Below are positions 10,125 to 19,550 of a DNA stretch of 64,000 nucleotides, piece after piece. Under the pieces are notes generated by a model, which was given only the letters and a program-made list of their open reading frames with translations, did not search any database and had not been told where the DNA came from. Source of the stretch: an uncultured Candidatus Rokubacteria bacterium (GTDB taxonomy: Bacteria; Methylomirabilota; Methylomirabilia; Rokubacteriales; DASRDR01); NCBI GenBank assembly GCA_963708025.1, contig CAVPSB010000014.1:416001-480000 (forward strand), written 5' to 3'. Both the position numbers and the translations under genes were made by a program. The number at the start of each line of letters is the position of its first letter. Position 1 is the first letter of the stretch.

Positions 10125-10928
10125 GTGCTCACGCGTCCGTTCGGCTCGACCGGCGTCCATGTTCCCGTCATCGGCCAGGGTACCTGGCGGATGGGGGAGG
10201 ACCGCGCTGCCGAGAAGGACGAGCTGGCCGCGCTCCGCCTGGGCCTGGACCTCGGGCTGACCCACATCGATACCGCCGAGATGTATGGCGACGGCGGCGC
10301 CGAGAAGCTGGTGGGCAAGGCGGTGGCCGGCCGGCGCGACCGGGTCTTCATCGCGACGAAGGTGCTGCCGTCCAATGCCTCCCGGGCCGGGACGATCCGG
10401 GCGTGCGAGGCCTCGCTGCGCCGGCTCCGGACCGACTACGTCGACCTGTACCTCCTCCACTGGTGGAGCGGCGCCCATCCGATCGGCGAGACGATGTGGG
10501 CGATGGAGGAGCTGGTCGGGCGCGGCCTCGTCCGGTTCGTCGGCGTCAGCAACCTCGACGTCGCGCAGCTCAGGGCGGCCCAGGCCGCGCTCACGCGGGC
10601 GCGGCTCGCCTGCAACCAGGTCATCTACCACCTGCGCGACCGGGCGATCGAGTCGGAGCTGCTGCCCTACTGCGAGGCGGAGGAGATCGCGGTCGTCGGC
10701 TACACGCCGCTCGCCCGGGGCGGCTTCATGCGCGGCGTCGTCGCCGACCTCGCGAAGGCGCACGGCCGGACGCCGCGACAGGTGACGCTGAACTTCCTGA
10801 CCCGCCGCGCGGCGCTCTTCACCATTCCCAAGGCGAGCCGGCCGGACCACGTCCGGGAGAACGCCGGGGCGCTCGACTTCACGCTGCGCCCCGACGAGCT
10901 GGCGTCCATCGACGCCGCCTTCAAGTGA
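10125..10928 (+). CDS. Aldo/keto reductase
   Basis: IGQGTW, IDTAEMYGDG, DLYLLHW, GVSN, IPKA. Confidence 0.93.
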   Translation: MLTRPFGSTGVHVPVIGQGTWRMGEDRAAEKDELAALRLGLDLGLTHIDTAEMYGDGGAEKLVGKAVAGRRDRVFIATKVLPSNASRAGTIRACEASLRRLRTDYVDLYLLHWWSGAHPIGETMWAMEELVGRGLVRFVGVSNLDVAQLRAAQAALTRARLACNQVIYHLRDRAIESELLPYCEAEEIAVVGYTPLARGGFMRGVVADLAKAHGRTPRQVTLNFLTRRAALFTIPKASRPDHVRENAGALDFTLRPDELASIDAAFK

Positions 10929-12176
10929 CGCCGGCGCGCGACCTCGACGCCCGGGACGAGCTGGCGCGCTTCCGCGCCGAGTTCGTCGTGGACGATCCCG
11001 ATCTCATCTACCTGGACGGGAACTCGCTGGGCCGGCTGCCCCGCCGGAGCGCCGCCCGCCTGCGGGAGGTGGTGGAGGCGGAGTGGGGGGGCCGGCTGAT
11101 CCGGGGCTGGGGCGAGGGCTGGATGGAGCGCGCCGCGCCGGGTCGGGGCGAAGCTCGCCGGCCTGCTGGGGGCGGGGCCCGACGACCTGCTGGTCGCCGA
11201 CTCCACCTCGGTCAACCTCTTCAAGCTCGTCGTGGCCGCGCTCCGGGCCCGTCCGGAGCGCCACGCGATCGTCACCGACGACCTGAACTTTCCCTCCGAC
11301 CTCTACGTCCTGCAGGGGGCGCTCGACCTCCTGGGAGGCGGGCGGCGGCTCGCGGTGGTGCGCTCGGCGGACGGCCTGACGGTGCCGGCCGAGGCGCTGG
11401 CGGCGGCCATCGACGGCGACACCGCGCTGGTCGCCCTCAGCCACGCGGCCTTCAAGTCGAGCTTCGTCTACGACCTCCCGGCGGTGACGGCGCTGGCCCA
11501 CCGGGCCGGGGCGTGGATGCTGTGGGATCTCAGTCACTCGGTGGGCGCGCTGCCGGTCGGGCTCGGGGCGGCCGGCGTGGACCTCGCGGTGGGCTGCACC
11601 TACAAGTACGTGAACGGCGGCCCCGGGGCCCCGGCCTTCCTCTACGTGCGGCCGGAGCTGCAGGAGCGGCTGGTGAGCCCGATCTGGGGCTGGCTCGGTC
11701 ACGGCGCGCCGTTCGACTTCGAGCCGGCCTACGTGCCGGCGCCGGGGATCAAGCGATTCCTGGCCGGCACCCCGCCCGTCCTGTCGCTGGCCGCCATCGA
11801 GCCCGCCCTCGACCTCTTGCTGGAGGCCGGGATCGACCGGATTCGCGCCAAGTCGATGCGGCAGACGGAGTACCTGATCGCGCTCTGGGAGGCCGAGCTG
11901 GCGCCGCTCGGGTTCCGGCTCAACACTCCTCGCGACCCCGCCCGCCGGGGCTCCCACGTCTCGCTGGGGCATCCGGAAGGGCTCCGGATCAACCGGGCGC
12001 TGATCGACGAGATGCGCGTCATCGGCGACTTCCGGTATCCGGACAACATCCGCTTCGGCGTCGTGCCGCTCTACACGACGTTCGCGGAGATTCACGAAGC
12101 GGTGGCACGGCTCCGCCGCGTGGTCACCGACCGCATGTACGAGAAGTACCCGACCGACCGCCCCGCCATCACCTAG
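10925..12176 (+). pseudogene. kynU: Kynureninase with a single +1 frameshift near 11129 (pseudogene or sequencing error)
   Basis: ARDELARFRAEF..IYLDGNSLGR in one frame; DSTSVNLFK, FPSDLY, WDLSHSVG, GCTYKYVNGGPG in the next; removing one C gives WMEAPRRVGAKL. Confidence 0.88.
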
Positions 12177-12183
12177 GGGGCGG

Positions 12184-12388
12184 GGCCGATGAGCGTCGCC
12201 ACGTCGATCTCGGTCGTGACGCGCTCGGCCTACGGCCTCGCGTCCGTCTCGACCTATGGTCGTCCTCGGTCGTCGCCGATCCTCGGCGTACTCGGAGTAC
12301 GCCTGCGGTCGGCGACTCCCTGCGTCCATTGGACGGCCTTCGGCCTGTGGGCGGTGCTCGCTCCTCGGCCCCGCCCCCGGGAAATTGA
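12184..12388 (+). repeat. Family C ~200-bp structured repeat, copy 1
   Basis: Highly similar to the reverse complement of 27285-27488; contains GGCCTACGGCC, GGCGTACTCGGAGTACGCC and GGCCTTCGGCC hairpins. Confidence 0.9.
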
Positions 12389-12637
12389 TTCCTCTGCCAT
12401 GAGCTTGGGGATTCAAGGATACTAGCGATTCGGTCTCCGAAGACCTCACGGGTTCGCCCCCGCTGGACGCCTCTGAGAACTGCCGCGCCGACTCAGTGAG
12501 GGCAGTGGTGCCGGGTTGGCGAGGACCCGGCTGGTCGGGGTCGGGGCTCGGCGGCGGAGGCATTTCTTGGTGGCGGGGCGCCCCGGGTGGTAGCGTCAAC
12601 GTCGATTCGGGGCGGGTCCTGGAGGTCGGGAGACCTG

Positions 12638-13576
12638 ATGACACTTCGCCGGCAGGCGCTGCTCTCCGTCGGGGCGACGTTCCTCGCGTTGTTCCTCGGC
12701 CTCTATCTGGTCGCCCGGGGCCTGCTGGCAGTGGAGTTCCTCATGGTGGCGCTGCCGGTGATCGCGATCGGGCTCGGCCTCCTGGTCGTCCGGCTCGTGG
12801 GGCGAGTGGAGGCGGAGCGCGGGCGGGCGGAAGCGGCGCGACCGGATCTGGAGGCCCGCCCCCGGAACATCGGGACGCCGGAAGCGGGCGGGCGGCTCGC
12901 CGAAAACGTCGCGCGGGAACTCAACAACGTGCTTTTCGTCATCACCGGTCGCCTCGCGCTGCTGTCCCGGACCATCGGCCCCGCCAGCCCGCTGACGTTT
13001 CAGATCGGGCTGATCCGGAAGGCGGCGGAGCGCGCGGTCAGCCTGACGCCCGAGCTCCTGACCTCCGAGCGTGAGCAGACGCTCGACGGCAAGGAGCTCG
13101 ATCTGAACGCGCTGGTGACGTCGATGCGCGAGCGGCTCGGACAGCTCCTCGGCCCGCGGATCGCCGTGCGGCTGGTCCTGGATCCGGGCCTCGGCCGTAT
13201 CGGGGCCGATCCGCTCCAGCTCGAGCAGGTGCTGCTGAACGCGGCGACCAACGCGGGGGACGCCATGCCGCAGGGCGGGAGTCTGACGGTCGAGACGAGG
13301 AACGTGGACCTGGACGACGGATTCGTCGCCGGTCACCTCGGCGCGCACGCCGGGCCACACGTGATGCTGAGCATCACCGACACCGGCGTGGGAATGGACG
13401 CCGCGACTTGCGCCCGGGCCTTCGAGCCGTTCTTCACCACGCGGGGGCTCGGCCGGGGAGCCGGGCTGGGGCTGGCCGCCGTCTACAGCATCGTCAAGCA
13501 CTTTCAGGGCTACACCGCGCTCGAGAGCGCCCCGGGGCGGGGGACCACGCTCGCCATCTACCTGCCGCGCCTTTGA
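12638..13576 (+). CDS. Membrane histidine-kinase-like protein with degenerate H-box
   Basis: SD GGAG/GGAGG upstream; two TM segments; GRLAENVARELNN, NAATNAGDAM, DTGVGMD, FEPFFTT, GAGLGL. Confidence 0.85.
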   Translation: MTLRRQALLSVGATFLALFLGLYLVARGLLAVEFLMVALPVIAIGLGLLVVRLVGRVEAERGRAEAARPDLEARPRNIGTPEAGGRLAENVARELNNVLFVITGRLALLSRTIGPASPLTFQIGLIRKAAERAVSLTPELLTSEREQTLDGKELDLNALVTSMRERLGQLLGPRIAVRLVLDPGLGRIGADPLQLEQVLLNAATNAGDAMPQGGSLTVETRNVDLDDGFVAGHLGAHAGPHVMLSITDTGVGMDAATCARAFEPFFTTRGLGRGAGLGLAAVYSIVKHFQGYTALESAPGRGTTLAIYLPRL

Positions 13577-13859
13577 GATGCCCGGGAGGGGCCGTTCGAC
13601 GCCCCCCTCCCGGACCTCCCCCCGGAGCGGAGGGCCGCGGCGCGGCGCGGAGCTCTTCGACCGCGAGACCGGGAACCGACGCGCTGCGCATCCTCGCCTT
13701 CCGGCGCTCCGCGTCCGCTCGCGCAGCCGCACGACCCCCTGGTCGCGACCGTGCGCAGACCGACCAACATGCACATTCGATCCGGTTTGGACCCTGCCCA
13801 CCCGCCACTGGTGCGGCTCGGTGGGGTCATTTCCGCACCGGAGAGTCGCTAGGAGGGTC

Positions 13860-15221
13860 TCAGAAGCTCCATTCCACGCCGATCGTCGGCTGGATGTCGT
13901 CGCGCAAGCCCGTATCGTTGAGCGGGACGAGGAAGTTCAGGAACACGATCAACGTGCCAAACGGGTTTGCCTTCAGCCCGAACGACCCCGTGAGGGTGTC
14001 CGGGTCGGCCTTTTCCCCGCTGAGCGGCAGCCGTAGGCGATCCTGGGAGAACGCGTGGCGGCCCAGGAGATCGGCCACGAGGGTGACTCGCCCGAAAAGC
14101 GTGTAGTCGACACCGACCGCGTAGACGAGGTCGTTCGTCACTCCCTCGGTGGTACCCAGCTCGACACCCACGTTGACGTGAGGCGAGAAGCCGAACCAGG
14201 AGCCCGAGGCGACGAGCTGAGGCTTGACACGCACGATCCCGAGCCCGAGCGGCGGATCGTTCACCTCGTATCGTACATCGGTGACGGTCACATTGCTCCC
14301 CGCGAGACGGGTCTGATGGTTTTGCTTGGAGCCTTCGTCCCCGGTGGGCAGCTTCACATCTAGAATCGCGGCCATTCCGAACCGTCCCCCGGCGAGATCC
14401 GGCACCCGCCAGAAATTGTACTTGCCGCGAAGGCTGATGTCGCCGATGCCGGTGGACTCTGCCGAGCTCACGCCTAGGTCCTGGGTGTTCGTATCCACGA
14501 AATCGCAATTTGCCGCGTTGATCACCTGAGTACCGGGCCGGCAGAGCACCCGCCCGCGACGGGTGACGCGCTCCTTCACACTGACACTCAAGATCGGAAC
14601 GGTGATGCCGACATCGATGGTATCAGTCACCCCGTACAGGAAGGTAAGGACGCCCACGTCTGCGTCGATTTCGTCACGAACCGAAAAGATATCGAGGAAT
14701 GGGGTTGCGACGGGGGTCTGACTGAAGCGCGACGAAATCACGTTGCAACCGGCGAACGCTACGGCCGTCAGGTCGCCGTTGCGCGCGTCGACGCCGTCCA
14801 CGCTGTCGAACGTCAGCCGGCTGTAGCTGGCCGTGAACGTGAACTTGCCTCGTCCGGTCGTCTCCGCCCGGTCCGAGAAGATCGGGCCCAAGCTCTCCGT
14901 GGTCCGGTCGAATACACCAAGGCTGGGATCCAATTGGTAGGTGAAGGCGCCCCCGCTGGGGGCGGGAAGGAAACTAAGGGTGTTCGCGATGGACGAACTG
15001 ATCGCCGACTGCATCGCATCCTGGACCTGCGTGAGGTTCGCGGCCAGGAGGTTGATGTTGTTCGCGTATGATGGAAATATGTTCTCCAGACCGAAGCAAG
15101 CCCGGGTGCCGGGAGCCTGCGCGATGGCCGGCGGGGCAATCGAAAGGAGGATGGCGAGGGTGACTGTGAGACTCCCCCAGGTGTGCCAGGAGTTGCGGAG
15201 CCATCGACCCATGGGATACAT
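13860..15221 (-). CDS. Putative outer-membrane beta-barrel ('transporter'/MetA-pathway-like)
   Basis: SD GGAGG; signal peptide; GIGDISLRGKY, VKLPTGD, amphipathic strands, C-terminal Phe (GVEWSF). Confidence 0.7.
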   Translation of the reverse strand: MYPMGRWLRNSWHTWGSLTVTLAILLSIAPPAIAQAPGTRACFGLENIFPSYANNINLLAANLTQVQDAMQSAISSSIANTLSFLPAPSGGAFTYQLDPSLGVFDRTTESLGPIFSDRAETTGRGKFTFTASYSRLTFDSVDGVDARNGDLTAVAFAGCNVISSRFSQTPVATPFLDIFSVRDEIDADVGVLTFLYGVTDTIDVGITVPILSVSVKERVTRRGRVLCRPGTQVINAANCDFVDTNTQDLGVSSAESTGIGDISLRGKYNFWRVPDLAGGRFGMAAILDVKLPTGDEGSKQNHQTRLAGSNVTVTDVRYEVNDPPLGLGIVRVKPQLVASGSWFGFSPHVNVGVELGTTEGVTNDLVYAVGVDYTLFGRVTLVADLLGRHAFSQDRLRLPLSGEKADPDTLTGSFGLKANPFGTLIVFLNFLVPLNDTGLRDDIQPTIGVEWSF

Positions 15222-15586
15222 TCTTCCCTCCTGTCTCGGGTCGTTCACCGACCCAACGGGCTCCCTCTCCACGCTCGGCAGCGAACCGGGCAGGCCGAGA
15301 TCGTTCCACCATGTCAAACCTGCCGATGTCCTGTCAAGAGATGTGTAGGTGATTCCGGCTACCCTGGTTGACGCCCCGGCCGACCCACGGCACCATGAGA
15401 GCCGCTCCGAGCGGGCCGTCGTCATCGTGACGACGAGGACGATGCCGACGCCCGGTGGAATCGGGTGGTGGCCCTGTTGCTGGAGGCTGGGAGCGACTCG
15501 ACGAGATCGTCGTGGCCGGCCCCGCGGTGGTCATTCTCGGGGCGCTGCCGAACCCGCAGCAAACCGCCTACGGAGAGGAGCAGACT

Positions 15587-15772
15587 GTGCCGAACATCAC
15601 GATCCAGTGGTATGCCGGCCGGACCGACCAGCAGCGTCGGGAGATCGTCAAGGCGATCACCGAGGCGATGGTGACGATCGGGAAGACCACGCCCGACCAG
15701 GTTCACGTCGTCTTCCAGGACGTGGAGAAGGCGTACTGGGGCGTTAACGGGAAGCTGGCGAGCGACCCGTGA
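15587..15772 (+). CDS. 4-oxalocrotonate tautomerase family protein
   Basis: SD GAGGAG then GTG-Pro; PNITIQWYAGRTDQQRREIV...WGVNG, 61 aa. Confidence 0.9.
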   Translation: MPNITIQWYAGRTDQQRREIVKAITEAMVTIGKTTPDQVHVVFQDVEKAYWGVNGKLASDP

Positions 15773-15800
15773 GAGCGTCCCGGCCCGGGGCCCGCGAGCC

Positions 15801-16823
15801 GTGACCGGCTCCCGCAACCGCCAGGTCGTCCTCGCCGCGCGTCCGGTCGGCCTCCCGAAGCCGAGCGACTTCCGGCTCGTCGAGACCCCGGTCCCGGAGC
15901 CGGGGCCCGGCGAGATGCTGGTCCGCGCGCTCTACCTCTCGCTCGACCCGTACATGCGCGGCCGCATGTCCGACGCCCGCTCGTACGCCCGGCCGGTGGC
16001 GATCGGTGAGGTCATGGTCGGCGCGGCGGTCGGCGAGGTCGTCCGCTCGAGCCATCCCGACTTCACGGAGGGCGACGTCGTCGAGGAGCGGCTCGGGTGG
16101 CAGGAGTACGGGCTGTCGCGGGGCCGGGAGGCGCGGAAGATCGATCCGTCGCTGGGGCCCATCTCCACGGCCCTCGGCGTCCTGGGCATGCCGGGCCTGA
16201 CCGCCTACTTCGGGCTGCTCGAGGTGGGTCAGCCCCGGCCGGGCGAGACGGTCGTCGTCTCCGCCGCCAGTGGTGCCGTCGGGGCGGTCGTCGGCCAGAT
16301 CGCGAAGATCGCCGGCTGCCGGGTGGTGGGGCTGGCCGGCTCGAAGGCGAAGGTGGACTACCTGGTGAGCGAGCTTCGCTTCGACGCCGGCGTCGACTAC
16401 AAGACCGCCGATCTCGACGCCGCGCTGGCCGACGCCTGTCCCGGGGGCGTCAACGTCTACTTCGACAACGTCGGCGGCCGCATCACCGAGGCGGTCTCCC
16501 GCCACGTCAACCCCTTCGCCCGGATCGCGGTCTGCGGCCTGGTCTCCCAGTACAACCTGGAGAAGCCGGAGCTGGCGCCGCGGAACGAACGCTTCGTCCT
16601 GGTGAACCGGGTCCGCGTCCAGGGCTTCATCGTGTCCGACTTCTACGCCCGCCGGGACGAGGCGCTCCGTCACCTGGCCGAGTGGGTGCGCCAGGGGCGG
16701 CTCCTGTACCGCGAGGACGTCGTGGACGGGCTGGAGAACGCGACCGCCGCCTTCATCGGGATGCTGCAGGGGAAGAACTTCGGCAAGCAGCTCGTCCGGC
16801 TGGCCGCGCCGCGCAACCCCTGA
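15801..16823 (+). CDS. NADP-dependent oxidoreductase (PTGR/CurA-like)
   Basis: LAARPVGLP, SLDPYMRGRM, GMPGLTAYFG, SAASGAVG, GKNFGKQLV. Confidence 0.93.
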   Translation: MTGSRNRQVVLAARPVGLPKPSDFRLVETPVPEPGPGEMLVRALYLSLDPYMRGRMSDARSYARPVAIGEVMVGAAVGEVVRSSHPDFTEGDVVEERLGWQEYGLSRGREARKIDPSLGPISTALGVLGMPGLTAYFGLLEVGQPRPGETVVVSAASGAVGAVVGQIAKIAGCRVVGLAGSKAKVDYLVSELRFDAGVDYKTADLDAALADACPGGVNVYFDNVGGRITEAVSRHVNPFARIAVCGLVSQYNLEKPELAPRNERFVLVNRVRVQGFIVSDFYARRDEALRHLAEWVRQGRLLYREDVVDGLENATAAFIGMLQGKNFGKQLVRLAAPRNP

Positions 16824-16836
16824 CAGCGCGGGAGAG

Positions 16837-16932
16837 AATCGGATCTTCCGGCCCCCCCTCCCCCCGGCCACAGGCCGAAGGCCGTCCAACAGTGGGGGAG
16901 GGGGGCTGGGGGGGTAGGCGGGAGGTCCCGAA
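16837..16932 (+). repeat. Family A element, copy 2
   Basis: AATCGGATCTTCC...GGCCGAAGGCC...GGGGGTAGGCGGGAGGTCCCGAA. Confidence 0.85.
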
Positions 16933-16947
16933 AAAAGGAGACAGTCC

Positions 16948-17304
16948 ATGGAGCCGCCGACGATCACCACGCCCTCCGGCCTCCGCTACGCGGACCTCGT
17001 CGAGGGCACCGGCGCCAGCCCGGCCGCGGGCGACCGGGTCGAGGTGCACTACACCGGCTGGCTCGAGAACGGGACCAAGTTCGACAGCTCGCTGGACCGG
17101 AAGGAGCCCTTCGTGTTTCCGCTCGGCTTGAGCCGCGTGATCAAGGGCTGGGACGAGGGAGTGGAGAGCATGAAGGTCGGCGGCAAGCGCCGGCTGGTCA
17201 TCCCGGCGCACCTGGGGTACGGCGACCGCGGGGCCGGACGGGTGATCCCACCGGGGGCGACGCTCGTCTTCGAGGTGGAGCTCCTCCGGATCAATCCGGG
17301 CTGA
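16948..17304 (+). CDS. FKBP-type peptidyl-prolyl cis-trans isomerase
   Basis: [39 protein letters not shown]. Confidence 0.95.
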   Translation: MEPPTITTPSGLRYADLVEGTGASPAAGDRVEVHYTGWLENGTKFDSSLDRKEPFVFPLGLSRVIKGWDEGVESMKVGGKRRLVIPAHLGYGDRGAGRVIPPGATLVFEVELLRINPG

Positions 17305-17325
17305 GCTCGGGGGGCCGGGGGCCGG

Positions 17326-17862
17326 TCATTTCCGGGCGGGCACCGCCTCGTAGAGCCGGAAGCTGTCGGCACGGGCGACGATGCGGAAGCCGGCCAGCTT
17401 CCACCACTTGCGCTCCTCGCCCGTCAGCGGGCGCCGTCGCGGCTGCTTCCGCCGGTCGGCGGGGCTCAGCTTGGCGCTGTCGCGGCGCCGCTCGGCCTGT
17501 CGCCGGTCGAGGATCACCTCCACGCTTCGCATGGCCTGGAAGCGCCGGCGCAGGAACTCGTAGAGGTCCGGCTCGTCCGACCGCACCACGATCATCCAGC
17601 GGGTCGGGGCGCCCCGGCCCGGCTTGCCGTCACCGGAGGACCGGGGCCGCCGCGACGGGGAGTGGCGGTCGAGCCATCGCGCGGCCGCGCCGGTCTCGAT
17701 GCGGAGGCCGCCGGACCAGGGACGGGTCTGGGTCGCCTGGAGCGGGACCAGCCAGACGGCGAGCGGGAAGGTCTTGTTGCGCCCACAGGCCGGGCACTGC
17801 TCGCTGTCGGTGACGATGTCGCAATCGAGACAGATCCGGGCGTCGTCCACCGAGATGATCAT
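17326..17862 (-). CDS. Hypothetical protein with N-terminal zinc ribbon
   Basis: CLDC-x8-CPAC; C-terminal LYEFLRRRF..VEVILDRRQAERR. Confidence 0.7.
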   Translation of the reverse strand: MIISVDDARICLDCDIVTDSEQCPACGRNKTFPLAVWLVPLQATQTRPWSGGLRIETGAAARWLDRHSPSRRPRSSGDGKPGRGAPTRWMIVVRSDEPDLYEFLRRRFQAMRSVEVILDRRQAERRRDSAKLSPADRRKQPRRRPLTGEERKWWKLAGFRIVARADSFRLYEAVPARK

Positions 17863-17972
17863 GGCCGTCCTCGTCGCGGATGGTTCTTGTCGCAGATGAT
17901 CGCGGGACGACTCTATCGCGGGTCGCGGGGTTCGCGCGCAGGAATTCCGGCGTCGATGAAACGCGCGAAAGT

Positions 17973-19412
17973 TTAGAGAAGATTCGGTGAGGTCAGGGCC
18001 AACTGGCCCTGGGTGGGCTCCGCTCAGCAGAACCAGGGCTCGGTGAGGCGGGGCGCGCGCGGGCGATCGGCCCGGGGGAGCGTGGGCGCGGGCGCCGGGG
18101 TCAGGCCGGCGGCCTCGTCCGCGAAGCAGCGGATCGCGTGGAACGTCACCGCCGGATCCTCGCCGCGAGCGGTGGCGTCGCCGACGCCGGCCGCCACGGC
18201 GCCCTGGAGCGCCTCCATCCGCCGGTCGGGGTGGGTCCAGCGGTAGTAGAAGTCGGCCTCGACCAGCTCGCCCAGGTGGGGCCGCATCGCCGCGGTCTCG
18301 ACAAGCAGCGAGCCCGGCGGGACCAGGAGCCGGATCGAGTACTGGACGGGATCCACCTGATCGATCAGTCCCTCGCGCTCCACGAAGTCCAGCATCTCCC
18401 GGTAGTCCGCCAGCGTCGTCCACGGGGTGAAGGCGACCCAGGTGGGTCGGAGCGCGATCCCGGCGGCCCGGACGGCGGCGAGCGCCTCGACCACGTCCGC
18501 CCGCGTGTGCCCCTTGTCGAGGTGGGCGAGGACCGTGTCGCTCAGCGACTCGACGGCCGAGACGACGAACAGGCACCCGAGCGCCGCCAGCTCGGCCAGG
18601 TGCCGGCGCTGGCGGAGCAGGTGCTCGACCTTGGCGGTGAAGTCGAAGCTGACCGACGGGAACTCCGCGTGGAGCGCCCGGGCCACTCCGAGGGCGTGGC
18701 CGGGCCCGTTCAGGAAGTCGGGGTCGCCGAAGGTGACGTGGGTCGCGCCGGCCTCCACGAGCTGCCGGACGTCCGCCAGCACGACGTCCCGCGGGACGAC
18801 GAAGAAGCGGCCGTCGTAGACGGGCGGGATCGGGCAGTGGCGGCAGCGATGCTTGCAGCCGCGGCTCGCCTCCACGTACCCGGCCAGCTCCAGGCGGCCG
18901 TCCCGCTCGAGGTGGGCGTACTTCTCGAGGGACGGCAGGGCTTTCCGGCTCGGGACCGGGAACGCGACCTTCGCGAGGTGCGGGCGGGCGGGAGCCCCAG
19001 TCCGGCTCACCCCGGGGACTGAGGGATGAGGGCCCGCCTCGAGCGCGCGGCACAGCTCGACCAGGAGCGGCTCGGCCTCGCCGCCGATCACCGAGTCGCC
19101 CCCGTGGGCCAGGAGCCAGTCGGCGTTGAGGCTCGCGTAGAGGCCGTAGAAGACGACGTGACAGGCCGGGTTGATCGCGCGCACCTGGGCGGCCACCGAC
19201 ACGCCGAGGCGCAGCGCGGTGTGCATCGGCACCGAGATGGCCACGAGGCGGGCGCGGGCGACCCGCTCGGGGTCGAAGGGCTCGACGGCGACGTCCAGCA
19301 CGGCCGGGGCGTAGCCGTGGGCCTCCAGGAACGCCGCAGGCCAGGCGACCGCGAGCGGCTGGTGGCCCAGCTCGTAGCAGGCGACGAGGAGCACCGCCCC
19401 GGGGTCTTTCAG
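17973..19412 (-). CDS. CUAEP-tail radical SAM selenoprotein (Sec at UGA 18024-18026; probable CTG start)
   Basis: LLVACYELGHQP, CKHRCRHC; readthrough gives PWFC-U-AEPTQGQL to TAA 17973; hairpin after the UGA. Confidence 0.88.
17994..18011 (-). promoter_or_regulatory. Putative bacterial SECIS hairpin
   Basis: CAGGGCC-AGTT-GGCCCTG beginning 12 nt 3' of the in-frame UGA. Confidence 0.65.
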
Positions 19413-19530
19413 TTCGGGACCTCCTGCCCACCCGATTCTTCGACGGCCTTCGGCCTTTGGCCCCCCTCCCCGATCGTCCGACGGCCTTCGGCCTTTGGCC
19501 GGGGGGAGGGGGGGGCCGGAGAGTCCGATT
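19413..19530 (-). repeat. Family A element, copy 3 (two GGCCGAAGGCC modules)
   Basis: AATCGGACTCTCC...GGAGGTCCCGAA abutting the CTG of the radical SAM gene. Confidence 0.85.
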
Positions 19531-19550
19531 GCGCCAGATGCATCACGCAG

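Noticed and set aside
12189-12425. Small ORFs MSVATS... (also 27272-27484) as genuine genes
   Set aside because: They coincide with the family C repeat and have no clear SD; similarity is explained by DNA repetition, so they are kept only as a hypothesis
17326-19431. 701-aa ORF, and the 880-aa (2890-5532), 744-aa (56347-58581) and 664-aa (61174-63168) ORFs, as fusion proteins
   Set aside because: Only their C-terminal parts are real genes; the upstream portions overlap other genes in a different frame
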